NCBI GenBank assembly: GCA_965287045.1
Contig: OZ336895.1
Coordinates: 22,692,001-22,756,000, forward strand
DNA length: 64,000 nucleotides
From: Carcharhinus amblyrhynchos
Taxonomy: Eukaryota
Direction: 5' to 3'
Positions 51,606 through 64,000 of this stretch are shown in pieces. Under the pieces are notes generated by a model, which saw nothing but the letters and a program-made list of their open reading frames with translations, was not told the origin of the DNA and made no database searches. Position numbers and translations under genes: made by a program. Within the stretch, counting starts at the first letter, position 1. Each line of letters starts with the position of its first letter.

Positions 51606-52464
51606 TGTCATGTTCTATCCCACACCAAGTCTTGTTCACTCATTACTTACTGATCCATATGGGTTGAGACATATGTTCCCCATATGCCTCAACCTTACAG
51701 TTCTCATTGCTATCTTTAAATCCCTTAATGATCATGCTTCTTTTCACCTCTGCAACTACCTTCAGCCCTACAGCCCTTCAAGAATCTGCACTGCTCCAAA
51801 TCTGGCCTCCTGTGCATTTCCGAGTCATATCACCCATCATTTTGCAGCTGTGTGTTCAGCTATCTCAGCCTGAAGATTTAAGTATCTCTGCCTCTCCACC
51901 TCCCTCTCCTGCCACCTAAAAACTCACTTCACTGACCAAGCTTTTGACCTTTCCTAACATTGTCTTCTTTGGTTGAATATTAGTTATGGTCTGATGACAC
52001 TTGTGTGAGGTATTTTGGAATATTTAATTATGTTAAAGGTGCCTTCCAGTTGGAAAATGCAAGGTGCTGTTAATGAGAAAATTGGGTCAGGTCTGAAGAA
52101 ATAATTCATAAATACCATGCCATTCATCCTTCATTTAAATTCCAGGGAACAGTGCCTTTTTGTGCTCAATGGTTTCTCAACAGATGATCATTTTCCATGT
52201 TTTGTGTTTTCTTTTAAATTAACTGAATTTTGTCTCAATATACAGAAACATTTTCATATGGATCTAAGTCTTCTTTTCAAATCAGTCTGCAATTAGAAAT
52301 AAACACTTGAATCTAGCTGATTTCAGAAGTGGCAGCCTCAAAAATGGACATTCATAAAAACAATCACAATTACACTTTTGAGGATAGAATCTCTGTGTAC
52401 TGAATATTCCCACTCACTTCCAATCAACTATTGTTTTCATCCAAACATTGCATGGCCATATAAT

Positions 52465-52766
52465 CATAGGATCCCTACAGTGCAGGAGGAGGCCACCTGG
52501 CCCATCAAATCTGCAGCAACCACATCCCACCCAGCCCCTATCCCCGTAGCCCCACATATTTACCCTGCTAGTCCCACTGACACTAAAAGGCAATTTATCA
52601 TGGCCAATCAACCTAACCCTTACATCTTTGGACTGTGAGTGAAAACTGGAGCACCCAGAGAAAACCCACGCAGGCACGAGAAGGATATGCAAACTCCACA
52701 CGGTGATCCAAGCCAGGAATCAAACCCATTTCTTGGCACTGTGAGGCAGCAGTGCTAACCACTGTG
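52465..52766 (-). mobile_element. HE1-type V-SINE
   Basis: Reverse complement of the 21226 consensus along its full length. Confidence 0.9.
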
Positions 52767-54056
52767 TATCCATTTGAATTCACAAGAAACATTAGGACAG
52801 ATTTTCCTCACTCCCTAACCCAGAACAGGGGACCAATCAGCCAGTACATAGCAAAAGTGAATGCCATCTAATGTTATGAAACACCTTTTGAAATCCATGT
52901 GCACAACATAATTGCAGCACCCTCAGCCACCCTCTCTGTTTGTCAAAAAATTGAGTCTAAATCTTCCAACTTTCCTACACCACCCCTCCTCACCCCATCC
53001 ATCTTGGAAACCTTGGAAATCCTAGGAAACACGAAAGAGTAGAGACTCAAGTCTCTGCTCCATTCCTTTTGGTTTGAAATTGGAAGCTGAACAAAGACTT
53101 CTTATGTCACAAGAGAAAATGTGGCCTGATCTTTTTGTAGACATCAGCATGATTTGGAAATATAATTCTGCATTAAATCTTTTGCTCCTTTAATTTTTGA
53201 TTTTACATGCAATTAATTATGGGATAATTATGTTGTAGGACAAATATTTGCAAACCATGTAATTTTTCTGCACTTAAAGAGAGTCACATCCAGCATAATA
53301 TTTCTTGGCAAGCAACTTCTATATTTAACTGACCCTTTTGTGTTTATACACTAGTGCATCATATTTCTCAGACTGTTAGTTCTAGCAGAGAAAATCAAGA
53401 AATTATGTCGAGAACCAAACAAGAAAATTAAGACACAGATCTACAGAAAGAAAATTGAAGCTTCTTTCACCAGAATTTGCAACAGCAGCTGGAGCAAATC
53501 AACTAATGTCAACGAAGCAAAGGCACTATGAAGTTCAACATTTTCAAGGACCACCCGCTTGGCATTTTATAAATAACTTGTTTCAGTGGGTTTTTCTTTT
53601 GGCATTCTGAATAAAATTCAACAATCTACTCAGAAAACACTGCCCATTATTAGCCAAGAAGGGAGACCATGCATGTGTCTGGTCTGTATAGCTTACCATA
53701 GGATATGCTTCATGTAGCAAATAATGCAAACTCTTGATTGTGATGCTTGATATAATTACAAGTCAGACACACAACAGGAGCTGAGATGGGTGACAGGTAT
53801 CAAAAAACTAGTGTGGTGCTTCAATTACGCTGTACATTTTTAGGCATCCTGGTTAGCTGCATGAAGCTGGCATTAAGTCTCTTTAATATTTAATGATGGT
53901 CAGCACACAAGTTGAAGTGCCCCTCCCAGATACTGAGCTGCCCTGAGTAGAATAAGTCTTAGCCCTGCTCCACTCAGGTTAGCTGAATGTTGAAGCTGAG
54001 CTTCAAACCTCATATCCATTAAATCACACAAGCCACCTACTTTAACTTTCACAATA

Positions 54057-54443
54057 GCAGCACAATGGAACAATGGTTAGCACTGCTGCCTCACAGCGCC
54101 AGAGACAGGGAGAGGGCTTGGGTGGGATTGTTGATGGTGCAACCTCGACAGGCTGAACATTCATTCAGCCTTTGCCATCGAAGAAGCATGGTAGCACTGC
54201 TATCTCACAGCGCCAGGGTCCCGGCTTCAATCCCTGTGTCTGCATGGGTTTCCTCTGGGTACTCCAGTTTCCTCCCACAATCCAAAAGACGTGCTGGTTA
54301 GGTGGACTGGCCACGCTAAATTCTCCCTCATTTACTCGAACAGACATCAGAGAGCGGTGACTAGGGGATTTTCACAGTAACTTCATTGCAGTGTCAATGT
54401 AAGCCTACTTCTGACACTAGTAAATAAACTTTAAAACTTTAAA
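54057..54443 (+). mobile_element. Internally deleted HE1 (54057-54175) followed by a V-SINE with the alternative tail (54187-54443)
   Basis: Two tandem heads ggt(t)agcactgct...cacagcgccag; one HE1 tail and one alternative tail. Confidence 0.85.
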
Positions 54444-54527
54444 CTTCAGACTCAGCCATTCCAACTATCCCATTGCTAGTTTTTCACTTGTATAAACTTC
54501 ACCTTATCTAATTTGCTACCATTCCTT

Positions 54528-54855
54528 TCATAGAATCATAGAAACTACAGTGCAAAAAGAGTCCACTCAGTCCATCGAGTCTGCACCACCACAATCCCAC
54601 TCAGGCCCTATCCCCATAACCCCATATATTTACCCTCCTAATCCCCCTAACACTAAAGGGTGATTTAACATGGCCAATCCACCTAACCCGCACATCTCTG
54701 GACTGTGGGAGGAAACTGGGGCACCCGGAGAAATCCACACAGACACACGGAAAACGTGCAAACTCTACACAGACAGTGACCCGAGGCTGGGAATTGAACC
54801 CAGGTCCCTGGTGTTGTGAGGCAGCAGTGCTAATTACGGTGCCACCATGCTGCCC
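54528..54855 (-). mobile_element. HE1-type V-SINE, full length
   Basis: catagaatcatagaaactacagtgc...gaggcagcagtgctaattacggtgccaccatgctgccc. Confidence 0.92.
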
Positions 54856-56064
54856 TATCCTATGCCAAATCTCACTCCTCCAACTTTGCCTTAATTCATT
54901 CAAGTTTCTGTCCTCACTAATGTTTAAACTTCTCCGGGCTTCACTCCACACTCCATTGTTAACCTGTTCCTGAACCCCATAAGCTCTTGCTTGGCCATTT
55001 CACCTTCCTTCACCACACCACTACATACAATGGCAACAGCTGCTATGGTCTCCCCACTCTGGAATTCCTTCACTAAATCCTCGGGCCTCTCCTCTTTAAA
55101 ATCCATTCATTGATCAAGTTTATGGTCACACCTCAACATTTTGCTTTTACCTTTGTAGCTCTGTAAAAAATCTTGGGGTGTTTTCCATATTAAATGGATA
55201 AGGTCAATTGTTGTGTCATGATGATGATAGTCGCAGTACTAATAATAGAAGTATATAAATTGTAGGCATGAGAAAGATTGAGTACTGTTTCAGGATCTGG
55301 ATGATGCAGAGACTAGGATGACTGAACATCCTTCTCTTCATTCTTCACTCTCACGTGCTTTTCCTAACTCCCTCCTTCAATTTCCTCTGCCTCACACCAT
55401 TCCTCCTTGTGAGCTTCTGCTCTGGGTGGACCAATGGATGAAGCGCTTACCAGAGACAGAGACAAAAGAACTTCTACAGAAGTTCTCCCAATCCCTGTGC
55501 TGTAACATCAGTTCCAGATGAACAGGAAATAATGGCTGGTTAGAGTGTATCCATGGAGGTTTCCACTGAACGTACAGCAAAGTTACAGCAGGAGATTGGA
55601 GGACCCCCAAAACAGAAAATTTCCCCTAAAGTGTATCTATTAAGGAATGGAACTGAGGTGAACCCTTACTTGCCTTATTGAGCTTAACTGGAGAGCAGCA
55701 TTTACAGCAACCTTTTGGACAAGGAACAATGCACAGCACAGAGGGACAGAAAAAGTAACTTGCAAAGTGAGAAAAAGGGCAATTTTTAAAAATGTTTATT
55801 CAAAAGTCCCAAATGAATGATTCTACGTTCTATACCAATCCATGCCATCATCTATTAATACAGGTCTCCAATTAAAAAAATTACCAAGGAAAAGCGTCTG
55901 TACATGTTCGATTTATATTCTGCTATTGGTGCAAAGCAACTACAGTTGTCTCTAACAATAGGACGTTCTGAATGGTTTCAAAGGACAACATATTATTAAC
56001 TTCCTGCTGAACATCACTGTCTTTCCAGAGGAGGAACCTTGAGAGAATCAGATTTTGTACTCAC

Positions 56065-56189
56065 CTCCTTCCATTTCCTCCTGCCAGTTCCGACTGCTGC
56101 TTGCAGGTGAGCTGGGTGAAGGGTAAAACTCCCCACCTGGACTAGTGTCTATATCATCTTCCATTGAACCAGATTTGTGTCTTTTACTC
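56065..56189 (-). CDS. NFIC: NFIC coding exon (equivalent to human exon 6), 125 nt, phase 2 in / phase 1 out
   Basis: Minus strand: ttttacgacag|G AGT AAA AGA...GAA GGA G|gtgagt, encoding [41 protein letters not shown]. This closely matches human [45 protein letters not shown] (recalled). Not in the ORF track. Confidence 0.96.
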
Positions 56190-56564
56190 CTGTCGTAAAA
56201 GAAAGACTCTGTTCACCACATAGAAAACAAATAAATTCACAAAGCATTTCTTACATTGGGCTTTTTTTTTTAACCCCAATGCATGGTTAGCATAATAGAT
56301 GTTATAAAGTGTGCTAAGTTTCAATGTTTCATTTCATTATGATGCAGGAACAGTTCTTACCAAGTTATTGGGCTCTCTCTAGTATAAATGATTCGAGTTG
56401 CATCAGACACACTTCTGCCATCAGTTTTGCTACCAGGCAAAATTTTCTGTCTTACATAAAATAGTTGCTTTCAAAGGAGGAGGAAATGCATAACGTTATA
56501 GTTGCAAGAAATAATTAAGGTTTCTGATAACATCTTCTGTGAAAGCAGGATTAAGAGCCCAACA

Positions 56565-57150
56565 TGGTTTGTTCCTCTCTGGGTGTCAAGATGAAGGACA
56601 TCTCAAACTAGTTTGAAAGGCTCCTGGAGGAAGAGGGGGAAGATCCAGTCATTGTGATCCATTTAAAAACTGACACAGCGGAGTCTTCCAGGGAAGGTAA
56701 ATAAAGAGCTCATGTTTGGCGAACACCAGAAGAGAGGAACTAGATCTCAAGATAACTGAATTATTTCCTGAGCCATATGCAAACTGGTGCAGGGATAAGC
56801 AAAATAGGAAAGTGAACACATAGCTCAAGCAGTGGTATTAGAATGAGGGTTCCATTTCATGAGATGAGTGCTGCATGGCCCCTAGATAAAATGTTGATCG
56901 TTTAGGACAGAGATGGATGAATTTCTTCACTCAGAGGGTTGTGAATCTTTGTAGTATCCAATCCCAGAGCATCGTGGATGTGCCATCATTGAATATACTC
57001 AGGCTGGGATAGATAGATTTTTGATCTTGAAGGGCATCAAGCGATAGGGGGAACAGATGGGAAAGCTAGGTCAAGGCAGATGATCATGGCAAAACCTGCT
57101 CAAGAGGTCAAATGTTCCACTCCTGCTCCTATATCTTCTGTTTTTAGGTT
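56565..57150 (+). mobile_element. Internally deleted CR1: ORF1 esterase-like remnant joined to the 3' end
   Basis: Decayed frames read SLGVKMKDIS...LLEEEGEDPVIVIH (CR1 ORF1 SGNH-like CLPGA..V.DI...VIVHVGTND), followed at ~56910 by gaatttcttcactcagagggttgtgaatc. Confidence 0.65.
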
Positions 57151-59379
57151 ACACAACTCTTCCTAGTACCAAAAAGACATACCTTGAATAGTCCAACAAT
57201 TCATTGCATTGCAAAGAAGCATATCCTTTGCTTTAGCAAAGGCAATGCCACGGGAGATATGTTGATGCATTGCATTGTAATAATACAAGATCTCTTTCAG
57301 TGTGTAAAGCAATCCATTCATCCAATCTTACCTATTTAGCAAGCATTATTTCAAGTATGTTCTGTGATCCAGCTTGTAGCAGCTTGACATGCAAGTGGCT
57401 ATGAACTACCTTACTTTCAGTTGATTTACAATCAACGATCATATGACATAATTGTATTCTCTCCCACGTAGTTAATAAAGGTAATACAACACTAACTTTG
57501 TGATGCTGGAGATTTAACTTCTACAGTGAAAAAAATAAATTTTAACATAGGAACGGGAGTAAACCATTGAGTGATATTTAATAGAAGTGTTGGAGGTGTT
57601 GCCCGTTCATGAAAGCCATGCATCACCTCCCTTTGGGAAAACTCACCAAATTAAGTGCCAACCAACCACTTAACTGGACATCAGTGGGCCTTCCCTGAGA
57701 TTAAGGTCTCATGGGCAGTTCTCCCATCTCCAGCCTCCAAGAGCTGTCAGCTATTACGATACCAGCAGCTGCTCACTGCTCAGTGGCATCAATAGAAGTG
57801 ATGACTGTGGTCAGTAAGATGCCCACCAGAGGTCTGGTGTTAGCGAGGGACCCAGGCCATAGATGAGTGAAGGTGGGGTGGAAGTCACATGGATAGAATG
57901 TGAGGTTCAGCAGCAATGGCAGGGCTGTGTCTCCTCAGAGGAGCTCTGCATCCTGATGCCAGGCCCCTCAATCAAGCATTAAATACCTTTGAACAAGGGA
58001 TTCCCCCCAGAAGCTCACAAGTAAACCCTAACAGGGTTTGTTCTTCAGTCTTCCTGTATGGTAAATACCCTTACCTGTCACTAATTTCCTGCTTTTCAAG
58101 ACTTCCTATTTTGCATCTTCACTTTCCTATGCTTTGTACTTTGTACACTGCACTGACCATTGCATGAACAATATTTGCTTACCCACATTTTATTTCCCTC
58201 TCTCCTCTTTCTCTGAGGAAACAGCAGCCATGATGAAGCAGAAAGTTCAATATGCATTAATGGGAAGATGGTGTCAAAGTTTCAATTATCTTGAAAATAT
58301 CCAAATCCCTCAGTCCAGAGCTGTAATAGTGGCTCTGTTCGATTTGAAATATTGAGTGATTTTATCTGCCAGTTTTGAGGCAATTTTTTCTTTTCTTAAA
58401 TGAGGATTGTCTCATTTTAAAATTTTCAATACATGGCTTGTATTGGTCAGAGGCTCCCCCCATCTGTCGTATATAGGTACTGTACCACAATTTGCTGTGT
58501 AGTGACTGCTGGTTTTACATTGCTGGATCTAATTGGATCCCATCGAAAAGTGTGTTCAACGCTCACAATGTTGCCTTTTGCAAGGTTTTGTGGAACGATA
58601 ACGCCCATGAATGGCGGGGCTTTACTACACCAACACCAGCGATGGCAGGATGAGACCCTGAAGTAGGCATTAATTGCCCACTTAACAGCTTCAATTGGCA
58701 GGGGGAGAGAAAGGTTATCCACAAGCCTTCCTTCCCCAGGCTTAATTGGGGCAGAGATGGGCAGGCAGCAGGGTTCTTCCCAACATTCTTCCCAACCATT
58801 TTTATGGGCTATTCCGATGCACAATAATTCACTAGGGACAACCACATGCAACTCCCCCAACATCACTGCCCAGGAAGTGCCAGAGGTTAGTGCCTGGGTA
58901 TGACTCTCGCCACCTTAAGCAATATAAATCACCTGAGCTCCTCTGGAAGGTCTACTTTCCAGGTACGTGCCTTAGGTGGCCAGTCAGCTTTCACATTGGT
59001 CTGACCTCACGCCAATGTGCATGGAGAGGGGATGGGGGATGATTGACGCGTAGAAGCTTGATGATTATAGCTGATGTATGAAAGTGATGTTCTGACATTG
59101 AAAGCTACATCACTGGCAGGGGAGGGGACAATTGTGTTATGAAAATTTTCTGCTCCCATCACCAAAACTGCCCAACGATAACCAGAGTGAAAAAATACGG
59201 GCCAAGATCATCTTTGTTTAAAATATTACATCCTTAATTCCCATGATGAATCTGTTAAGTCTTTGACTTAAAAAAACGTTCTAATGGATGAGCTCCAACA
59301 TGTGAATGGATTCACAACAGGGAAACTTCCTGACCCAGTGTCAGGGGTGAGTTTCCGCTCTCTGCTCTTGCCAGTTTGT

Positions 59380-60835
59380 AGCATGGTTATCTTGGCCCAA
59401 GGGTAATAACAGTTCATAACAGGCTCCAGGAAAGATTCACCACAACAAGCCGGAACGCACCTTGGACCCTTAGGATGATCACGGTGGTGCTGCATCGGGA
59501 CCATGATGGCATCTCAGAAGCTGTTGGAAGAAAGATCGAAGTGGCCACAAAGCTCTGATGATTGGAAGTAGAGTTACACTTAAGGTCTTAGCAGAAGTGT
59601 TGCTTCACCAGGTAAAGGATCAGAATGAGAAGAAGATTCAAATGGGTTCTGTCATCTAGTTTTAGCAGTTGGGCCATCACTGATGCTACCATGGGCTTTT
59701 TGCAGCTTCTCAACAGGTGACCCTGAGAAACAGCAACAAGAGGAACTGATATGATAGAAACAGGAAGGGAAACTGATGCCTTTTCACTTCCTCTGTATTT
59801 ACTCATGGTGGACAGGAAAAGGGTAGCCTTAATTCTCTATTCTCCCTGTTGCTTCTGCAGAATAGTGGATAAATATTAAGCAGATAATCAGCCATGATCA
59901 TATCGAATGGTAGCGCAGGCTCAAGAGGTCATATGGTCTATATCCCCTCTCATTTCCTAAGAAGATGGAAATTTCCAGGAACAATTTAGTATAACTGTGG
60001 TTAAGAGTGACGTGAAGCCACTTATTCTGGGAAAATCTCAATAAACTGATTTATGCTCATTTTACACTAAAACCTTGTATCGTGGGAATTTCTTTCAGTA
60101 TTTTCACCACTTTTAAGATACCAATGCCAAACCCGCCCCTCCTGGATTTACAGAACCTCACCCCTTCTAGGGAACATTTCATGTGAGTTTCCTGAACTTG
60201 CGCCAGTAATGTGTGATTGTAGATTTTGTTGCAAATATCTAGTTCATGGTTCACATGTTTTAGTATGTATAATTTTTAGTTTTACGAATTAAAGTGTAAC
60301 TGTATAAAATTGGATAAATGCAATTAAAGCAAGCTTGAAATCTATTACACGTTGACAGTTGGGTTAACAGTTAGAACATACAAACATATGAATCAGGAAC
60401 CATTTGGCCCCTCGAGCTTGCTCCATCATTCAATCAGATGATGGCTGCTCTAACCTTTGCCCCAACTTCTCTTCCTATTTCTGTTACATCAGTTACTCTT
60501 GTTGCTGTTTCTCAGGATCACCTGGAGAGAAACTGCAATAAGACCAGGGTAGCAACAGCGATGATCTCACTGCTATAAATGGATGGCAGGCCCCAGTTGA
60601 ATCTTCCTCTCATTCTGATCCTTTACTTGCTGAAGTTAAGGCTTCAGTGTAGCTCTTCTAATCTTCAGGGCTTTGTCGTTCCTTCCATCTTTCTTCCAAC
60701 ATCTTTTGGGGTGGCATCATAGTCCCACTGTAGCACCAGCATGATCATCCTATGGGTCTGAGGTGCATTCTGGCTTACTGGGAAGAATATTTCCTGAAAC
60801 CTGTCATGGACTGTTATTATTCCATGATAGCCATT
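59380..60835. repeat. Diverged inverted pair of a ~370-400-bp module (59380-59770 vs 60470-60835), each followed by a CR1 tail
   Basis: ctgagaaacagcaacaagag / ctcttgttgctgtttctcag; gtaaaggatcagaatgaga / tctcattctgatcctttac; gttggaagaaagat / atctttcttccaac. Confidence 0.85.
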
Positions 60836-60961
60836 CCTGTCTAACCCCAAAAACCTTTCAACTCCTTGTTAATCAAGAATCAATTTAGCTTTGTCTTAAA
60901 ATATTCAAAGATTCTGCTTCCACTGAAGGATTGCCTAATTAAAATGCTAGGGTTTAGAGAC

Positions 60962-61985
60962 TGTCAGAACACCCAAAGAAACAGCAGTTCACAAGGTGAC
61001 CTTGTTTATTTAATAAAGTCAGAATAGATGAGATAGGCCTATAAAACAGCATATAGGCTTAATTAGCTAAAGAGCTGGAGGCATGATCTTTGCAAAGCTT
61101 GCAACAATGTTCATTCATGGGATACTTATGTTTTGGGAGGTAGAACTAAATTTGTTTAAAAAGCATTCAGCAAATGCTAAAAGATTTTAAAATCCATTTA
61201 TTGCATCAGATCAAAAACAAAATGGTAAATGAGGTATAGTCAATTTAAAGGTTGGTTTATGGATAGTCAAGACAAGGCTGCATCATCATGACAATGGGTT
61301 GATCTTCGGAAGGTTTTCTAGTTTCAATTTATCTGATTGTTTGCTGAGGCGGTTTTTAGTTGCAGTTTGGACCTTGTGTGGTTTGCAGCTCACTAAGAGC
61401 TAACCAAAGTAAATTACAGTTATATAATCCTGTTCCGTAAGCAGAATAAAATCCTCTCTTCACAGATTGCATGGAATGCAGGTAAGGCTCAGTTTGACTT
61501 TTGTGAGGAAAGTTGGAAGGTTTCCTGGCACAACTGGAAGAATCTACAAGTGGTCTCTACAGAGTCTTGTGGTGAAGAAGAGAATAAGCAGATTAGCTCA
61601 GAAGTATTGGGAACATAATCAGAACATGGCACTGATGCATTCACTGTCAAGAGAAGTTAAACGTAAGTTACCTTGGAGAATATCTGAAGCTGAGGATTAT
61701 GCCAGAAGACAATGGCATTCTTATGATTGTTCCCTACAGAAGTAAATAACTTTTAGATTGATGTGTTCTATAGGGGAATTCTTGATAGTAAGAAATAAAC
61801 CTATGTACACAACTTAAGTAGTTACCCTATCTTGTTAATTTAATAACGTTTGTTCAATTTGTTCTAAATGCAATAGAGTTTGTATTTCGCTAAGAAAACA
61901 AAATCTTGTGGAGTAGTAATATTGGGTAAAACAAGGTGTCCAAATTTCTCTTTAAAGGTTAACAGTCCCTAACCAGATCGTAACA
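60962..61985. mobile_element. Possible solo LTR
   Basis: Starts tgtca right after a CR1 fragment and ends gtaaca; internal AATAAA. No matching TSD found. Confidence 0.3.
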
Positions 61986-64000
61986 AATTAATGCCCAAAA
62001 AGGTAGGAAAAGCATGGACCAAGGCCACTGGGAAAAGGAGCACTGAAATTGTTGGAGCTTGATAGCAACTTAAAGAAAAAAATCCTATTGAGTAATGCAC
62101 TTTTGTGCTGTCACATTTGAAGTCCAACCAACTCATTAGCCTGCCACTCCATATGGTCAGAGAAACTAAGCAGCTTGTATGGTCTTTCCAATGACCTGTG
62201 TGCATAATACTGGAAGAGGGTAACATGGAGGAACAGCAGCAAGAGACTTTGAGACATAACGCCAATGCACACAATAACAGCCTCTGATCTCTAGTGCAGA
62301 GGCCGCACTTGGTTCTTGATTAATGCCAATGTTTACATCCTATCATAAGTTTCAATGGCAGAAATTGCCATTGGGATGATTGGTGCAGAGGACATTTGTA
62401 AAATGATGGCTTCATTTCTGCATAGGTGAAATCCAGGAAATTGGAAACCAATGGGCAGAAATTTCCCACTTAAGTCACAAGCCCAGTGTCAGGTTGATTT
62501 CCAGGTTGTAAAACCAGACAGGTATGTCGACATTTTCCTGCCCCCATACCCGCACTTCTCAGATGCTCAGAAAATTCCCTCAATGAATCAGCCACATTTA
62601 TAGAATTAAGTGTCAGGCAATCCAATGATAAGATGCAGAATATTGAGTTCTAGACCACTGCAACATTGAACAGATGGCTGGTATTAGGTTACAATGCAGC
62701 AATTCAATCGAGTGATTCTGATCGCTCTAGTAGGTAATGATTGAAAGCAGAAACCAGGGATCCAATTAATGTATCAAATTCGCTGCTACCTAGGTACAAT
62801 ATTTTATGGTTTGTGTCTTTAAATTGCTTTTGCTTTTCTTACCGTCATACAGCATTCCTGATAAGTGCAGTATTCGTGAGAGAGATGAAACACTTGCAGG
62901 CATATGGCACCGTGAGATTTGACTAATTTTATTTTTAACGTAGTAGACCACAATAAAGTATTGCAGCAAAAATATTTACAATTACAGATGGAAATCCTGA
63001 TCCCACATTGGGAACATCTCCAGGGTATGTGCGGAGGAGGGGGCTGTAAAACGGAGTGGAAATGAGTTCCACTGAGATTCTGGACTGTTCAGAATGGGCT
63101 GGGAAATTCCAACGAGGGTTCCCGTGAGCGCAACCTTCCACCTGCCTCTTCGTGTGAAGGCGCTAAAGCTTGGGGGGTGTGATGGAGTTCCCAGGGCTCA
63201 CAAACAAATTCTACTCACTACCTTCTTATTATTATTCAGAAAAGACTGTCCATATCTTCAAATTCTGTTATTTACTTGCTAAACATATGAAACAAATAAA
63301 CAATCCAGATGTGACATGGTAGGGAAATTGTTAACTTTAGCCCCAAAAGCTTTTGTCAACTTTAGCTGACTTCAGATACAGAAACACTGACAGACAGCTT
63401 TTACATCCAGCCAACCAACAAATAGGGCCTGCTTGGTTGAGGAAGAGCCATGGATCCTGTAGATGAAAAGAATGGCTCCTGGTTGGTGGCTCAATGTATG
63501 GTACCATTGGTAATGCATGCTCACTTGTTAGTTGAAATTGCAAGCAGGGCCTGATACGAGGCATTGGACCTCGGTTTGTATTATTCAACAGCCTCCTGCT
63601 TGCTTTGTGCACCAGTGCTTATCACCCGTTTGAAGGCCCAACTGAAAACTGAATCATTTGGGTAATTAGGTACCCAAGTTAATCAGACATTCCTCTGCCA
63701 GACAAGAATTAGTTGAAAAGCCTACCCCTGATCTCTCCAGGATCTGGGTATTTCTTGTGATGGGATAACAATGGCATATTGAAGATTCTGTTTAAGAAGA
63801 AGCAGCTTTGTATGTCCTAAAACATATCACCCTGGCAGCATTTGGAATTTACTTTTTAATCAAAAACTCTAAAAACCAGTAAAATTAAAAATTAAAGCTT
63901 TGGGTGTTTGCACACATTCTTGACTTTTCTGAGAAAATTCTCACCCCCCCCCCCCCCATTTATAAAAGTCCGGCAGTGTATCCTAGTTATTGTCCCTTTG

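Larger units (their letters stand above)
1..64000 (-). other. NFIC: Window lies within the NFIC gene body (mostly large introns); exons 1-5 expected to the right, terminal exons to the left
   Basis: Exons 6-8 are in the correct order on the minus strand. No DNA-binding-domain exon and no LNGSGQ/SWYLG-type terminal exon was found in the window. Confidence 0.85.

Noticed and set aside
1-64000. CRISPR arrays, operons or other prokaryotic systems
   Set aside because: Eukaryotic intron-exon DNA; no repeat-spacer array or gene-dense segment.

Overview
Vertebrate genomic DNA, almost certainly from a cartilaginous fish (shark), judged by its HE1/V-SINEs, Deu-domain SINEs, CR1 LINEs and Penelope-type hammerhead repeats. 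The window appears to lie entirely inside an NFIC (nuclear factor I/C) gene on the minus strand. Three coding exons are clear (56065-56189, 31944-32072, 26101-26285; equivalent to human NFIC exons 6-8) and join in frame. The remainder is intron packed with repeats, and nearly all other ORF-track ORFs are spurious or repeat-derived. Best leads: (1) three copies of a U2-snRNA-derived SINE-like family, one being a near-complete U2 scaffold with a foreign internal segment; (2) a strong candidate 159-nt in-frame NFIC exon at 17825-17983 with no counterpart in canonical human NFIC; (3) small TSD-flanked palindromic Penelope-type elements carrying minimal hammerhead ribozymes, where only the antisense copy has an intact core; (4) a tRNA-Ser pseudogene split by nested retro-insertions; (5) several long inverted repeats that could fold the pre-mRNA. 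All alignments and family calls were made by eye, with no database search.
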